A stretch of DNA of 64,000 nt from positions 1,440,001 to 1,504,000 of the forward strand of contig CAVUDP010000001.1 of NCBI GenBank assembly GCA_963740315.1, written 5' to 3'. Both the position numbers and the translations under genes were made by a program. Shown here in pieces: positions 29,610 through 40,715 of the stretch (positions are counted from its first letter, which is position 1; each line of letters begins with the position of its first letter). Origin of the DNA: an uncultured cyanobacterium (GTDB lineage: Bacteria > Cyanobacteriota > Cyanobacteriia > Cyanobacteriales > Nostocaceae). Under the pieces are notes generated by a model that saw nothing but the letters and a program-made list of their open reading frames with translations, was not told the DNA's origin and ran no database searches.

Positions 29610-30686
29610 ATGAGAATTGCTCGCGTACACTTTTACGTAGAAGATGCCATCACTTGGCGTGATTGGTTTGTACATCATCTTGGTTTTCAAAGATTAGATG
29701 ATTATGCTCTTAGCTCTAGCTTCCCCGGTAGAGGAGATACAGCTTCTCATACCCGCACGGAAGTAGTTAAAAGCGGTTCAGTTTGCTTTGTGCTGTCTTC
29801 AGCAATATCATCTATTAGTCCAGTGGCTAAATATCTACGCCAACATCCCCCCGGAGTTGTAGATGTCGCCTTTGAGGTAGAAAATTTGTCCGCGATCGTT
29901 GCCTTAGCAAAAGCTCATGGAACAAAGGTTATACAACCTACCGTACAATACCAAGAAGATCGAATTTACATCAAGCAGGCTAAAGTAATTGCTTGGGGAG
30001 GGCTTACCCATACTTTATTAGAAAAACAATTAACACAACCTGTAGAAAATTATTCCCCTCCTGAGTGCATTCAAACAATAGATCATATTGTGCTAAATGT
30101 CGCTGTGGGCGATTTAAAGGCTGCTGTTGCTTGGTACCAGAATATTCTCGGTTTTCAACCCCAGCAGAGATTTAACATTCAAACCGAATATTCTGCATTG
30201 CACTCTCAGGTGATGGTTTCTCAAGATGGGGGGGTACAATTGCCAATTAACGAACCTGCAACTCCTAATTCCCAAATTCAAGAATTTCTCAACGCTAACC
30301 AAGGAGCGGGAATTCAACATATCGCTTTACAAACCAGCGATATTATCAGCAATATAGCTCAATTCCGTAGCCGTGGGGTTTCCTTTCTCCCCATTTCTCC
30401 AAGCTACTACTCCCACTTACAACAGCGAACAAATTTACCTCTTAAACCAAATGAACTGCTTGAAGTCGCCAAACAAGAAATTCTAGTAGATTGGAAAGAA
30501 GATATTCCCAATGCCCTACTTTTACAAATTTTTACGCAGCCTATTTTCACTCAACCTACTTTTTTCTTTGAGTTTATCGAGCGTCGAGAATGCGCTCAAG
30601 GTTTCGGAGAAGGTAACTTTCGCGCTTTATTTGAAGCGATGGAAATTGAACAAATGAAACGCGGAAGTTTAAAAATAAAGGGTTAG
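29610..30686 (+). CDS. hppD: 4-hydroxyphenylpyruvate dioxygenase
   Basis: IDHIVLNV, PINEP, SQIQEFL...GAGIQHIAL, LLQIFT and GFGEGNFRALFEA. Confidence 0.95.
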   Translation: MRIARVHFYVEDAITWRDWFVHHLGFQRLDDYALSSSFPGRGDTASHTRTEVVKSGSVCFVLSSAISSISPVAKYLRQHPPGVVDVAFEVENLSAIVALAKAHGTKVIQPTVQYQEDRIYIKQAKVIAWGGLTHTLLEKQLTQPVENYSPPECIQTIDHIVLNVAVGDLKAAVAWYQNILGFQPQQRFNIQTEYSALHSQVMVSQDGGVQLPINEPATPNSQIQEFLNANQGAGIQHIALQTSDIISNIAQFRSRGVSFLPISPSYYSHLQQRTNLPLKPNELLEVAKQEILVDWKEDIPNALLLQIFTQPIFTQPTFFFEFIERRECAQGFGEGNFRALFEAMEIEQMKRGSLKIKG

Positions 30687-31065
30687 GGAATAAGGGAATC
30701 AAGGGGTAAAGGATGAAAGAAAAATAATAAATTGTCTATTTATTTTTGCCTTCATAACTCCTATTACCCATTCCTAACATTCAACTTATTAAATATTTAC
30801 GATCGCCAGATGATAATAAGTGCGGTAATCTATAAATATTTAGGCTATAGCGGTACAAGTTGATGCGGCATTAAATAGTCAGTAATTAAACGCAATAATC
30901 ATTGTATACTAAGTTTTTGAGCGTTTTTTGCTAAAGAATAAGCATTCCTTTGTACTCAAGAACCAATATTTATATATTTACAGAGGAAGTTATATAATCG
31001 TTTCCTACTCGCTATTTAAACGAAATGTTTAATTGAATGTTGGTACAAATACTTATTTATTCGCA

Positions 31066-31773
31066 ATGAAAAGAATAATTGTAGATTTTGATGGACCCAT
31101 TAGCGATGTTTCCGAACGCTATTATCAGGTGTATCTATTGTGTTTAGAAAAAAACCATCGTCACGATCAACAAGTACGGATACTTTCTAAAAACGAATTT
31201 TGGCAGTTAAAACGCTCGCGGATTCCAGAAAAACAAATAGGCATTATGTCCGGTTTAGAGGAAACACAAGCAGAACATTTTGCTTTATTACGAAAGCAAA
31301 CCGTGCATACGCAGCCTTATTTTGAGTATGACACCTTAGCTGTAGGCGCTGTAGACGCTTTATTAAAAGTTAAACAAGCCGGAATTGATTTAGCGGTAAT
31401 GACTATGCGCCGAGTGCGAGAATTAGAATACGCTTTAAAAAAATTTGATTTATACCAGTTTTTTCCCGAAAACCGTCGTTACTGCCTTAGTAATGATTAC
31501 GTAAAAACCCGCGATATCGATGATAAACCGCTACTTATGGAACGCGCATTAAAAGAACTGTCCCCCGCAGAAGATAATTGGATGGTTGGGGATACTGAAG
31601 CGGATATAAATGCTGCCAAAAAACATGGTGTAAAGTCGATAGCTGTGGAATGTGGCATTCGCGATCGCGCTCAACTCGAAGCATATCAACCAGATTTTTA
31701 TGTTAAAGATTTAACAGCAGCAGTTAATTTTATACTTGAAGGTTCGGCGCGATCGAGAAGTATAAAAAACTAA
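31066..31773 (+). CDS. HAD-superfamily hydrolase
   Basis: DFDGP motif I, a KP motif and MVGDTEAD motif IV. Confidence 0.9.
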   Translation: MKRIIVDFDGPISDVSERYYQVYLLCLEKNHRHDQQVRILSKNEFWQLKRSRIPEKQIGIMSGLEETQAEHFALLRKQTVHTQPYFEYDTLAVGAVDALLKVKQAGIDLAVMTMRRVRELEYALKKFDLYQFFPENRRYCLSNDYVKTRDIDDKPLLMERALKELSPAEDNWMVGDTEADINAAKKHGVKSIAVECGIRDRAQLEAYQPDFYVKDLTAAVNFILEGSARSRSIKN

Positions 31774-31869
31774 TAATTGAAAATAATAATTTAAAAATGG
31801 GTTTAAGGGAATTTATGGTTATTAATTAAATCATAACTAATGATTCCCCCAACCCTATTCCAATTAAAC

Positions 31870-32496
31870 TTACTTAAGAAAACTACAGATAAGCCACAAT
31901 AAGACAAAAGTAATCGTCGTAGCAAACTGATTAGTTGTAAAATCACCCAATTGTAATTGTTCTACAAGTGGACTAGCAATTAGTCCTCCAATTAGTAAAC
32001 CAACTATCAAACCAACTAAAGTTAATAAAACTGCTCTACCAAATCTACTTTCTTTACGATTGAGAAAATAAATACTTACTCCAACTCCAAGTACCAGCAT
32101 TAATTGTAAAACTTGGTCGCCTCCAGCTCTATAAAACAAGCTGGTGGTACTCAAACCGAGATACCAAACTCCAGGCAAAACTACATCAAGAGTGCTGGGT
32201 TGATCTACAATGCGTTGCAGCCATGCAGGTGACTGCTTTTTCGGAACTGGACTTGCGTCGGCAGCGTCTAGCTCTCTGCGTTCGGGAAAGCGAATGCGTT
32301 CGGGTACTTTGATTTTCCCTTCTTGACGCATCCGCAAGCGGTCCATTAATACAGCATCATAAGCCGCTTCAATCATTTCAAGACGCTTGCTATCACCACT
32401 ATATTCTTCTACTAGGCGATTGCGTGTATCTTGAATTTCTTCAAAGCTAGCGTCTTCTGATACCCCAAGTTTTTCGTAGGGATTTTGGTCGCTCAT
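31870..32496 (-). CDS. CPP1-like (DUF3353) J-like domain membrane protein
   Basis: NPYEKLGVSEDASFEEIQ and IEAAYDAVLMDRLRMRQEGKI, followed by C-terminal TM helices. Confidence 0.9.
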   Translation of the reverse strand: MSDQNPYEKLGVSEDASFEEIQDTRNRLVEEYSGDSKRLEMIEAAYDAVLMDRLRMRQEGKIKVPERIRFPERRELDAADASPVPKKQSPAWLQRIVDQPSTLDVVLPGVWYLGLSTTSLFYRAGGDQVLQLMLVLGVGVSIYFLNRKESRFGRAVLLTLVGLIVGLLIGGLIASPLVEQLQLGDFTTNQFATTITFVLLWLICSFLK

Positions 32497-32541
32497 GAGT
32501 GTTAATTACTGATAGCTTATGCGGCAGCAGTTTGTTGTTTA

Positions 32542-33127
32542 TTGACGCTTCCCACCCTATAGAGGGATGAGGATTCTTGATTCACAGAGTCATCCGTAAA
32601 CCTCCCTATCCGACGAGCGTAGCGCTACTACATTCGACGGGAGTGTTTGACCGAACACCGGCACTAAAATCAGGGGTGTCTAGGCAATTTAGGAAAGATT
32701 TAAAAGGAAACTCTCCCCAAGCTTGTCGGGCATTTTTCAACCCGCGTTTCCGCACGCCCTACGGTACGTTATTATGTAAATTTTTAGTTTTCTAAGTCGG
32801 TACGCATCTGTTAAGATACATCTAGGTTTTTTTTTATGTGGACTTACCTTTAGATAGGAGCTTTTTTATTTTCCATACAGGACGAGCGAACAATATAGCT
32901 TCAATTTATATTGTCTCTTTTCTGCGGATTTGTTGACTTTGGGCAAATCAACCATTACTGATAAATAATCTAATAGCTACATTTTAATATCTTAGCCACT
33001 AATTTACTTTTTATTTAGCTAATTATTGCCAGCGAAGAGGGTTTGCATAAAAACTTTTCTTCTAAAAAATTGTTATGGGTTCCTCAACCCCCATCCTTAA
33101 AAGGTATAGGGTGTGACGGCGGTTTAA
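32542..33127 (-). mobile_element. Non-autonomous IS200/IS605-derived element retaining the tnpB 3' end/omegaRNA-like region
   Basis: Minus strand reads ACCGTAGGGCGTGCGG...GCTTGGGGAGA...CTCTGTGAATCAAGAATCC-hairpin-GCGTCAA (right end). A similar hairpin CACCCTATACCTTTTAAGGATGGGG at ~33088-33112 is a candidate left end. No transposase or TnpB ORF inside. Confidence 0.65.
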
Positions 33128-33786
33128 TAAAAACTATTTTATGATTTATTTTGGTAGAAACCAATATTAATGAGTCAATTTTAATAGTCTTACCTAAATA
33201 GAAGTATGACATCAACGAAATAAACGCAAGTAATTTTCGCTAATAGTAACTTTAACATATCGCAATAACTCCGTGTATCCCCTCATGCCGTTGGCAGTCA
33301 GGGGCTTTACTCTAGAATTTGAGATAAAAACACGAAAGTGGGCAACTTTTATGAAAAAATTAAACTTTGTGTTTTATGTAAAGCAGTGGTATTTTCCCCG
33401 AGGAAGATTTTAATCGATAAACCTCCTTGTTCATTTCGTGCCTTTTAAACGCATATAGATTTAAAATTGATAGCGTTTAAGTAATTTGGAACTTGAAGTT
33501 ACCAGTTTTCTAGTTTAATCTTCAAGTAAGGTCGTGGCATTTTGGATATCTACCTATAATTGTTAGATATTCTTGTAAATGAAGAAGAGCATTACTGCTT
33601 TATACTCAGGGTTGCATAAAAGATAAAATTTACGCTCTCATTACCGAAGCCAAGGCATTACACTAGTATGTATTTGGAACAACGGGTCGGGAGAATTTTA
33701 GCCTTGTAGTTTATTATTGCCCAAAAGCGGATATCCGCGCCTTAAAAACGTAATCCGCCTGTAAATCCTATGAATTTTTTTGCAAA

Positions 33787-34518
33787 GTGATGGTCATGGC
33801 TCCTGCTGCCAAGATTCTTGTAGTTGACGACGATCCAGCCGTTAGAAATTTAATTCAACGCTTCTTGATGAAGCAGAGCTATCAAGTGGAAGCTGCCGAA
33901 GATGGCAAAACCGCATTAGCTCTCTTCGAGCAATTTAACCCGGATTTGGTAGTTTTAGACGTTAATTTACCAGATGTAATCGGGTTTAACCTTTGCCAAG
34001 AAATGCAGAGTCGTAACGGTGTTTTTGTTCTTATGCTGACTAGTCGTGCGGACGAAGCCGATAAAATTCGCGGCTTTTCCAAAGGTGCTGACGACTATCT
34101 CACCAAGCCTTTCGGTTTGGGAGAGTTAGAAGTCAGAGTCGCAGCCATTCTGCGCCGTCAGCGCGTTGTAACTACAGCGGAACAGAAACGTTTGGTTTTT
34201 GAAAGATTGATGATAGATCCTGTTAGGCGAGAAGTTGCGCTCAATAATCTACCAGTTCCTTTAACTGCGTTGGAGTTTGACTTACTGCATTTCCTAGCCA
34301 GTCATCCCGGTAGAGTTTGGCGACGTGCCGAACTTATCCAGGAGGTATGGGATTATGAATATGTTGGCGACCAAAGAGTTGTAGACGTACACATCGGTCA
34401 AATTCGTAAAAAGATTGAAGCTGATGCTGCTCAGCCTGCATTAATTCAAACAGTGCGTGGTGTTGGATATAAATTTGAATGCCCAGCCCCTGCTCAACAA
34501 CCTGAGAAAGTAGTTTAA
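33787..34518 (+). CDS. OmpR-family two-component response regulator
   Basis: ILVVDDD, LDVNLP, GADDYLTKPF and the winged helix VDVHIGQIRKK...TVRGVGY. Confidence 0.95.
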   Translation: MMVMAPAAKILVVDDDPAVRNLIQRFLMKQSYQVEAAEDGKTALALFEQFNPDLVVLDVNLPDVIGFNLCQEMQSRNGVFVLMLTSRADEADKIRGFSKGADDYLTKPFGLGELEVRVAAILRRQRVVTTAEQKRLVFERLMIDPVRREVALNNLPVPLTALEFDLLHFLASHPGRVWRRAELIQEVWDYEYVGDQRVVDVHIGQIRKKIEADAAQPALIQTVRGVGYKFECPAPAQQPEKVV

Positions 34519-35196
34519 TGTAACGGGAGGTTAAACCTCCTTTTACGCATTCTCGGCTTTTTAAGAGCCATTTCGCTTGATAAAACTCAACAGTTTAGAA
34601 TTAATAGCAAAGCTAAACTAAACTATGAATTGCTAATAGATATTGTCAGAATATCAATGAAAATGTTTGTGCAGTTCAAGCAATAAATAAGGTGTTTGCT
34701 TAAAGACCATATTTATTCGCCGTCTTCAGTTTGATAATTTTGTTGTTTGAAATAGAAATGTAAACCATAAACTATTTTATTTAAATCATCTTGAAGCAAA
34801 ATATTAATTTTATTAGTTCTTCAGTACAAAACGCTGAGATTAATGCTATACGAAGAGTATTACGTTGCATAACTGACGTTTACAGAATAATATAGTTTTT
34901 TTCACTGTTCTCTATTCCCTGTTCCCTCTTATACTAACTATTTAATTAGCATAAACTTGTAAGGCTATAGCCATTTTATTTAGGAATTAAAGGTGTTAAG
35001 AAACTCAGTTTTTTAATTCTTTACTTAAGGCAGCCCGCCTTCAAGTTTTACTATTTACAACTTTTATACTAAAATTATTAATTAAAAAAATTTAAAAATC
35101 TTGTTTCAATTTCACTATAAGGTCTGTTGTCATCTCAACAATGACGGCATTAACAGCATTAAATAATTGATTTCAAAAACATTTTTTGATATTTGG

Positions 35197-35245
35197 TAAG
35201 TTGTAAAATATTTTACAACTTAACTTAGTTATAGATAAATAATCT
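35197..35245 (+). promoter_or_regulatory. Putative NtcA site with a downstream -10 element
   Basis: TGTA-AAATATTT-TACA (GTA-N8-TAC at 35203-35216) inside a 26-bp perfect palindrome; TAATCT lies 23 nt downstream. Confidence 0.55.
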
Positions 35246-35366
35246 CATCCCTTCATACTAGCACACAACTCTCATAAAGAAACACTTTACTAACGATCTC
35301 TCTTTCCGTTGCGTGCCATTTAGGGACTTGTAGACGCTTAATTCATTGCTGACTCAACCTAAAATA

Positions 35367-35564
35367 CTAGCAATGATGAAATAACGTTTCCAAATAAACA
35401 CGAGCCGCGCGGCGATCGCTATCTCCATTTTGGAGTAGAAACAAAGACAGAGCGGCAGTAAGTACTCGGTCTTGATCCCAATCTGGATGGGTTTCTAAAT
35501 AATTTTTCAATGATTCGTGAAGTGTCTCGGGGACTTGTGCTGCAAGGCTAACTGTAGCGTTCAT
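35367..35564 (-). CDS. DUF2811 family small protein
   Basis: MNATVSL...PETLHESLKNYLETHPDWDQDRV..AALSLFLLQNG; RBS AGGAGA upstream. Confidence 0.85.
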   Translation of the reverse strand: MNATVSLAAQVPETLHESLKNYLETHPDWDQDRVLTAALSLFLLQNGDSDRRAARVYLETLFHHC

Positions 35565-36029
35565 AATTATTCTCCTGAAAATCAGACTATGGGAGTTCGG
35601 ACCGACGTTGAGTTTATGGAAAACATACATTGTTGACTAAGCGGTGCTACATAAAGGCATCGGGATGCAATATTACATCGATAACTTGGGTTGTCGAAAA
35701 AAAATCTTGTCGCATCATTTTGCGCTAAAGGGGGGTAGGTTTGTCAATGCTGCGAAATGTTATGAAACTAGGTATAAAATTTTCTGGCTTACGGGATAAT
35801 CAAGCTTAGATACGTTTTATTGTTACAATAATTAACTATAACTCAGTCTTTACAAATTCTGACTGCGACAAAAAGAATCCCCAGCAATATGTCATAGAAG
35901 CCTATTCAAACGTAGATAACCTGTGGAAAAACAATAAGAAACCTGTGGAAATCATGTGGAATCGTTGAGGAAAATTCCAGTTAATGATAAGAATTACAAC
36001 GCATATTATCTGTTTATTGCAATTTGCCA

Positions 36030-37286
36030 ATGAAATCCTTTCTCCGTAGGCACTTACCGACTATTGATGCTCAAATTTGGATTTTGGCTGTTGGTCGATT
36101 GCTAAGTGAAGTGGGTACGGGTTTTACTTTGTTTTACGCCCCTATTTTCTTTGTCAATCAAATCGGTTTATCAGCAACTACCGTTGGTATCGCTTTAGGT
36201 AGTAGTTCTATTTCAGGGGTTGTCGGACGTATTTTGGGAGGTTCTTTAGCCGATTCCCCAAAATGGGGTCGTCGTCGTACTTTACTGCTTAGTGCTGCTA
36301 TTTCAGCGATTGGTTCTTTAGTTTTAGCCGCAACTAATAATTTTGTCACCCTTGTAATTGGTAATTTGATAAACGGCTTAGGCGTGGGTTTATATTGGCC
36401 CGCCACAGAGGCTGTTGTTGCCGATTTAACTAATAGCGATAACAGCCGCGAAGCGTTTGCTATTACAAGGTTTGCTGACAATATTGGTCTGGGTTTAGGA
36501 ATAGTTTTAGCAGGAGTCTTGGTAGCAAATACTGCTAATTATCGCTTGCTATTTATTATTGATGGAGTATCATTTATTGTATTTTTCGCGGTTATTTATG
36601 CATCAATTAAACCAACATCACATCAAACCGCAGGTGCAAGATCGGATTCAACCCCGCAACAAGCAACTTCTTGGATAGCAGCATTAAAAGATAATCGTTT
36701 GCTTATATTTGTGGTAGTGAATATTATCTTTACTACCTATATTTCTCAGTTACACAGTACTCTGCCTCTTTATTTCAAGAATTTTATTCAGGTTTCGCAA
36801 GTAGAGAAAGGATTTGTTGAAACAACTATCAGCGCTCTTTTTACTTGGCACTTAATAGTCGCGATAATTGCACAATTACCCGTTGCTCGGTTGATGAAGC
36901 GTTTCTCCCACTTTGTAGCGCTTAGCATTTCTGCCGTATTATGGGCAATTGGCTTTGTTTGTATCTGGGTAACAGGTGTTTCGTCTTCTTATTCAATAGT
37001 TTGGGCAGCGATCGCATTGTTCTTATTTGCCTTAGCTATCGTCTCCTACACCCCTTCAGCCGCAGCTTTTGTCAGCGAAATAGCTCCAGTGGATAAACGC
37101 GGGATCTATTTTTCGATTAATTCCCTTTGCTGGGCTGCTGGCTATTTAATTGGTCCCCCTTTAGGTGGTTGGGCATTAGACCAATCCCAATTTGCGATCG
37201 ATAGTTTTTGGTTGAGTTTAGCCGCAAGCGTTATTTTGACGATTGCGATTTTACGCTATTTGCATCGTTTGATTTCGAGTTCATGA
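36030..37286 (+). CDS. MFS transporter
   Basis: About 12 hydrophobic helices; motif A-like GSLADSPKWGRRR. Confidence 0.9.
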   Translation: MKSFLRRHLPTIDAQIWILAVGRLLSEVGTGFTLFYAPIFFVNQIGLSATTVGIALGSSSISGVVGRILGGSLADSPKWGRRRTLLLSAAISAIGSLVLAATNNFVTLVIGNLINGLGVGLYWPATEAVVADLTNSDNSREAFAITRFADNIGLGLGIVLAGVLVANTANYRLLFIIDGVSFIVFFAVIYASIKPTSHQTAGARSDSTPQQATSWIAALKDNRLLIFVVVNIIFTTYISQLHSTLPLYFKNFIQVSQVEKGFVETTISALFTWHLIVAIIAQLPVARLMKRFSHFVALSISAVLWAIGFVCIWVTGVSSSYSIVWAAIALFLFALAIVSYTPSAAAFVSEIAPVDKRGIYFSINSLCWAAGYLIGPPLGGWALDQSQFAIDSFWLSLAASVILTIAILRYLHRLISSS

Positions 37287-37714
37287 TTTCTACTAACAGC
37301 AAGCCATTAATTTATAGTGCGATCGTTAACTTATCAGTTTATAAAATCAATTTATAAACTTTAAATATATAATTAGTTTATAAAAAAATTATTTATTGTT
37401 TTGAAATATTAAGGCGCAATTCGTGATAATATCTTTTATATAATGGAAATATGATTCAAAAAAATATTTAGGCTGATATTCCCATTATAAAAATAATAGC
37501 ATCAAAGCCGCTATCAAATCGCTTCTTGAAAAAAAATTTTAACGCGAGAAAAAATTACATTTATAAAAGAGTTATAGAAAAGATTCGCGAAAACGATCAA
37601 TTCCCAATTCGCTCTTATACGAATATCTAATTAATATTGCACTTGTATCGAAGAATCATAAGATTTGAGTCATTAATAGTTAATGACTCAAAAATAAATA
37701 AATTGAAACAGGAT

Positions 37715-38362
37715 TTATTTGCGTCGCTCTTGTAACTTACGAAAAACAGATTTTAAATCGACATGATGATGAGCCAAAGCGACCAAAGTATGATATAACA
37801 AATCTGCAACTTCACCGGCGATCGCATCAGCATCATCATCTTTGCAAGCCATAACCACCTCAGCCGATTCCTCACCAATCTTTTTCAAAATCTTGTTATC
37901 GCCACCTTGGAATAACTTACAAGTGTAAGAATCAACGTTCGGGTTATCGCGTCGATTGGATATGATGTCAAACAACTGTGACAAAGTATCGGCAGGAGGT
38001 GGAATAATTTTGCTGTCAACTTGATGAAAACAACTCCTTTCGCCGGTATGACAAGCAATATCTCCCACTTGTTCAACACCAATTAAAAGAGCATCACTAT
38101 CGCAGTCGTAGCGGAGACTATGTACGTGCTGAAGATGTCCGCTTGTCGCACCCTTATGCCATAATTCCTGACGCGATCGGCTCCAAAACCAAGTTTCTCC
38201 AGTTTCCAGAGTCTTCATTAAGGATTCTTGATTCATCCATGCCATCATCAAAACCGTGCCATCTAAATAATCTTGGACTATAGCTGGCACCAAACCTCGT
38301 TCGTCGTAGCGAATTTTTTCAACGGGGATATAGTTTTGCGAATCTGTTACAGAAAAAAACAT
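37715..38362 (-). CDS. hisIE: Bifunctional phosphoribosyl-AMP cyclohydrolase / phosphoribosyl-ATP diphosphatase
   Basis: [34 protein letters not shown] and EVADLLYH. Confidence 0.96.
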   Translation of the reverse strand: MFFSVTDSQNYIPVEKIRYDERGLVPAIVQDYLDGTVLMMAWMNQESLMKTLETGETWFWSRSRQELWHKGATSGHLQHVHSLRYDCDSDALLIGVEQVGDIACHTGERSCFHQVDSKIIPPPADTLSQLFDIISNRRDNPNVDSYTCKLFQGGDNKILKKIGEESAEVVMACKDDDADAIAGEVADLLYHTLVALAHHHVDLKSVFRKLQERRK

Positions 38363-38468
38363 ACCAGCTAGATACCGCCCTTTAATAAGAATGATTCATA
38401 AATTCACGATATCATTCTGTATGGTGTATCTTAATGGAATGTTTTTCCTCTATGCTTACGATTAGACA

Positions 38469-38654
38469 TCAAATCATGTTTCTTTGCATAGCCGAGTGCA
38501 TTCTCAATGCACTTAAAGCAACTTGATGGGCTTTGGGAGCTTCACCGTACCAATGAATAGCCGAGTTAAAAGCCGCCCGATAGACATCTTGAACAGCCGA
38601 CGAGTAGCGATTGCGAATCTCATACGGCAAATCCTGATTTGACTTATATAACAT
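38469..38654 (-). CDS. ChaB family protein
   Basis: YKSNQDLP...AVQDVYRAAFNSA...AHQVA. Confidence 0.75.
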   Translation of the reverse strand: MLYKSNQDLPYEIRNRYSSAVQDVYRAAFNSAIHWYGEAPKAHQVALSALRMHSAMQRNMI

Positions 38655-38767
38655 ATTGTTATTTTCCAGGGAACGCTAGTTCAGCTAATTTACTAGGATA
38701 TAAGTTTGAAGCAGTCTTAACCCCTATCAAAAGATAGACCATTATAATTACACTCTAGGAGACAGCC

Positions 38768-40066
38768 TTGGTTAATACAACGATTAAAACTACCAAATCA
38801 CAAGAAATCTTTGCCGCAGCTCAAAGTTTGATGCCGGGAGGAGTTAATTCTCCCGTGCGTGCTTTTAAATCTGTAGGCGGACAGCCTATTGTTTTTGATC
38901 GAGTAAAAGGCGCGTACATTTGGGATGTAGATGGCAATGAATATATAGATTACGTGGGTACTTGGGGTCCGGCAATTTGCGGTCATGCCAATCCCGAAGT
39001 AATCGCCGCGCTGCATGAAGCCCTCGAAAAAGGTACTAGCTTCGGTGCCCCTTGTGTTTTAGAAAATGTTTTGGCGGAAATGGTCATCGATGCCGTCCCC
39101 AGTATTGAGATGGTAAGATTTGTTAACTCTGGGACGGAAGCCTGCATGGCTGTGTTAAGGCTGATGCGAGCTTTTACCAAACGAGACAAAATTATTAAAT
39201 TTGAAGGCTGTTACCACGGTCACGCGGATATGTTTCTGGTAAAAGCAGGTTCTGGAGTGGCTACCTTGGGTTTACCCGATTCTCCAGGGGTTCCGAAATC
39301 AGTTACCAGCGACACCTTAACCGCACCCTTCAATGACCTAGAAGCCGTAAAAGTACTATTTGAAGAAAATCGCTCAGAAATTGCTGGCGTAATTTTGGAG
39401 CCAGTCGTAGGAAATGCTGGTTTTATTCCTCCCGATGCTGGATTTCTGGAAGGACTGCGCGAAATTACCCAGGAACACGGCGCTTTATTGGTATTCGATG
39501 AAGTAATGACAGGTTTCCGTATCTCCTACGGTGGCGCTCAAGAAAAGTTTGGTGTTACCCCAGACTTAACCACTTTAGGTAAGATTATCGGCGGTGGTTT
39601 ACCTGTAGGAGCCTACGGTGGTCGTCGAGATATCATGTCTATGGTGGCACCCGCAGGACCAATGTATCAAGCCGGAACCTTAAGCGGTAATCCTTTGGCG
39701 ATGACTGCGGGCATCAAGACATTGGAATTGCTACAAAAGCCGGGTACTTACGATTACTTGGAACGAGTTACCAAAAAGTTAGCGGATGGTTTACTACAAG
39801 TTGCGAGTGAAACTGGTCATGCTGCTTGTGGTGGTAATATCAGCGGGATGTTTGGTATGTTCTTTACGAATGGTCCGGTTCATAACTACGAAGATGCCAA
39901 AACTTCGGATACATCTAAATTTGGACGTTTCCATCGCGGGATGTTAGAACACGGTATTTATTTAGCTCCCTCTCAATTTGAAGCTGGATTTACCTCTATA
40001 GCTCATACTGAGGAAGATATTGAGCAAACTTTGCAAGCTGCACGAGATGTTATGTCTGGTTTGTAA
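38768..40066 (+). CDS. hemL: Glutamate-1-semialdehyde 2,1-aminomutase
   Basis: [36 protein letters not shown] and [10 protein letters not shown]. Confidence 0.97.
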   Translation: MVNTTIKTTKSQEIFAAAQSLMPGGVNSPVRAFKSVGGQPIVFDRVKGAYIWDVDGNEYIDYVGTWGPAICGHANPEVIAALHEALEKGTSFGAPCVLENVLAEMVIDAVPSIEMVRFVNSGTEACMAVLRLMRAFTKRDKIIKFEGCYHGHADMFLVKAGSGVATLGLPDSPGVPKSVTSDTLTAPFNDLEAVKVLFEENRSEIAGVILEPVVGNAGFIPPDAGFLEGLREITQEHGALLVFDEVMTGFRISYGGAQEKFGVTPDLTTLGKIIGGGLPVGAYGGRRDIMSMVAPAGPMYQAGTLSGNPLAMTAGIKTLELLQKPGTYDYLERVTKKLADGLLQVASETGHAACGGNISGMFGMFFTNGPVHNYEDAKTSDTSKFGRFHRGMLEHGIYLAPSQFEAGFTSIAHTEEDIEQTLQAARDVMSGL

Positions 40067-40095
40067 AAAACAATTACGGCTAAATGCTCGTATAC

Positions 40096-40133
40096 TTATC
40101 AATCCCGTCTTATTTGTAAAACGGGATTGATAA
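40096..40133 (+). terminator. Hairpin after hemL
   Basis: TTATCAATCCCGT...ACGGGATTGATAA. Confidence 0.65.
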
Positions 40134-40715
40134 AAATGCAAAAAAATCAGCTTCAATCGCTACAGCCACAACCACTATGTCCGCAACCTGTTATGGTTTT
40201 GTGTCCTTCAGCGCAAGCTTCAGAACAATAGTATTGACCGTCTTTGTTAACTGCACTTTCAACTTTCACAATACACAAACATTTCTCGCACGCACATTTC
40301 ATTAGATCTACGCTAGTCGTCATTTTTCTCTAACCTCTAAAAAACCTTTCAAACTTATTGTATAACATCTGAACAGATATTCATATATACATAAGTATAG
40401 ATTTTTTCGCTTTAATTTCGGGATTAGGGAGTTCCGAGTAGGGAACGGTTATATAACCGAGCAGTAAATATAGTAAATATATAAATAATGCGGGCTTGAT
40501 TAGTAATTTTGGAAAGCGACTGAAATTGCGAATGATAAGTGGAAAAAACCTAAAATTCCGTATTTACACTATAAATTATTTAAATATTGCTTAAACTTTA
40601 GAAACTCTTCAAAACAAACCCAGCAATTTGCACCTGGCAGTTTAAAATTCATATCTCAATAATAGAGATAGAGTAATTTCTCCCTATTATTATTGTTGTA
40701 GCGAGTTGACAGTGC

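Noticed and set aside
32577..32795. 72-aa plus-strand ORF
   Set aside because: Antisense to the IS200/IS605 right-end sequence, with no protein motif.
33787..34518. Naming the response regulator SphR/PhoB or NrrA
   Set aside because: Only OmpR-family membership is supportable; it does not match my recollection of those proteins well enough to assign a symbol.
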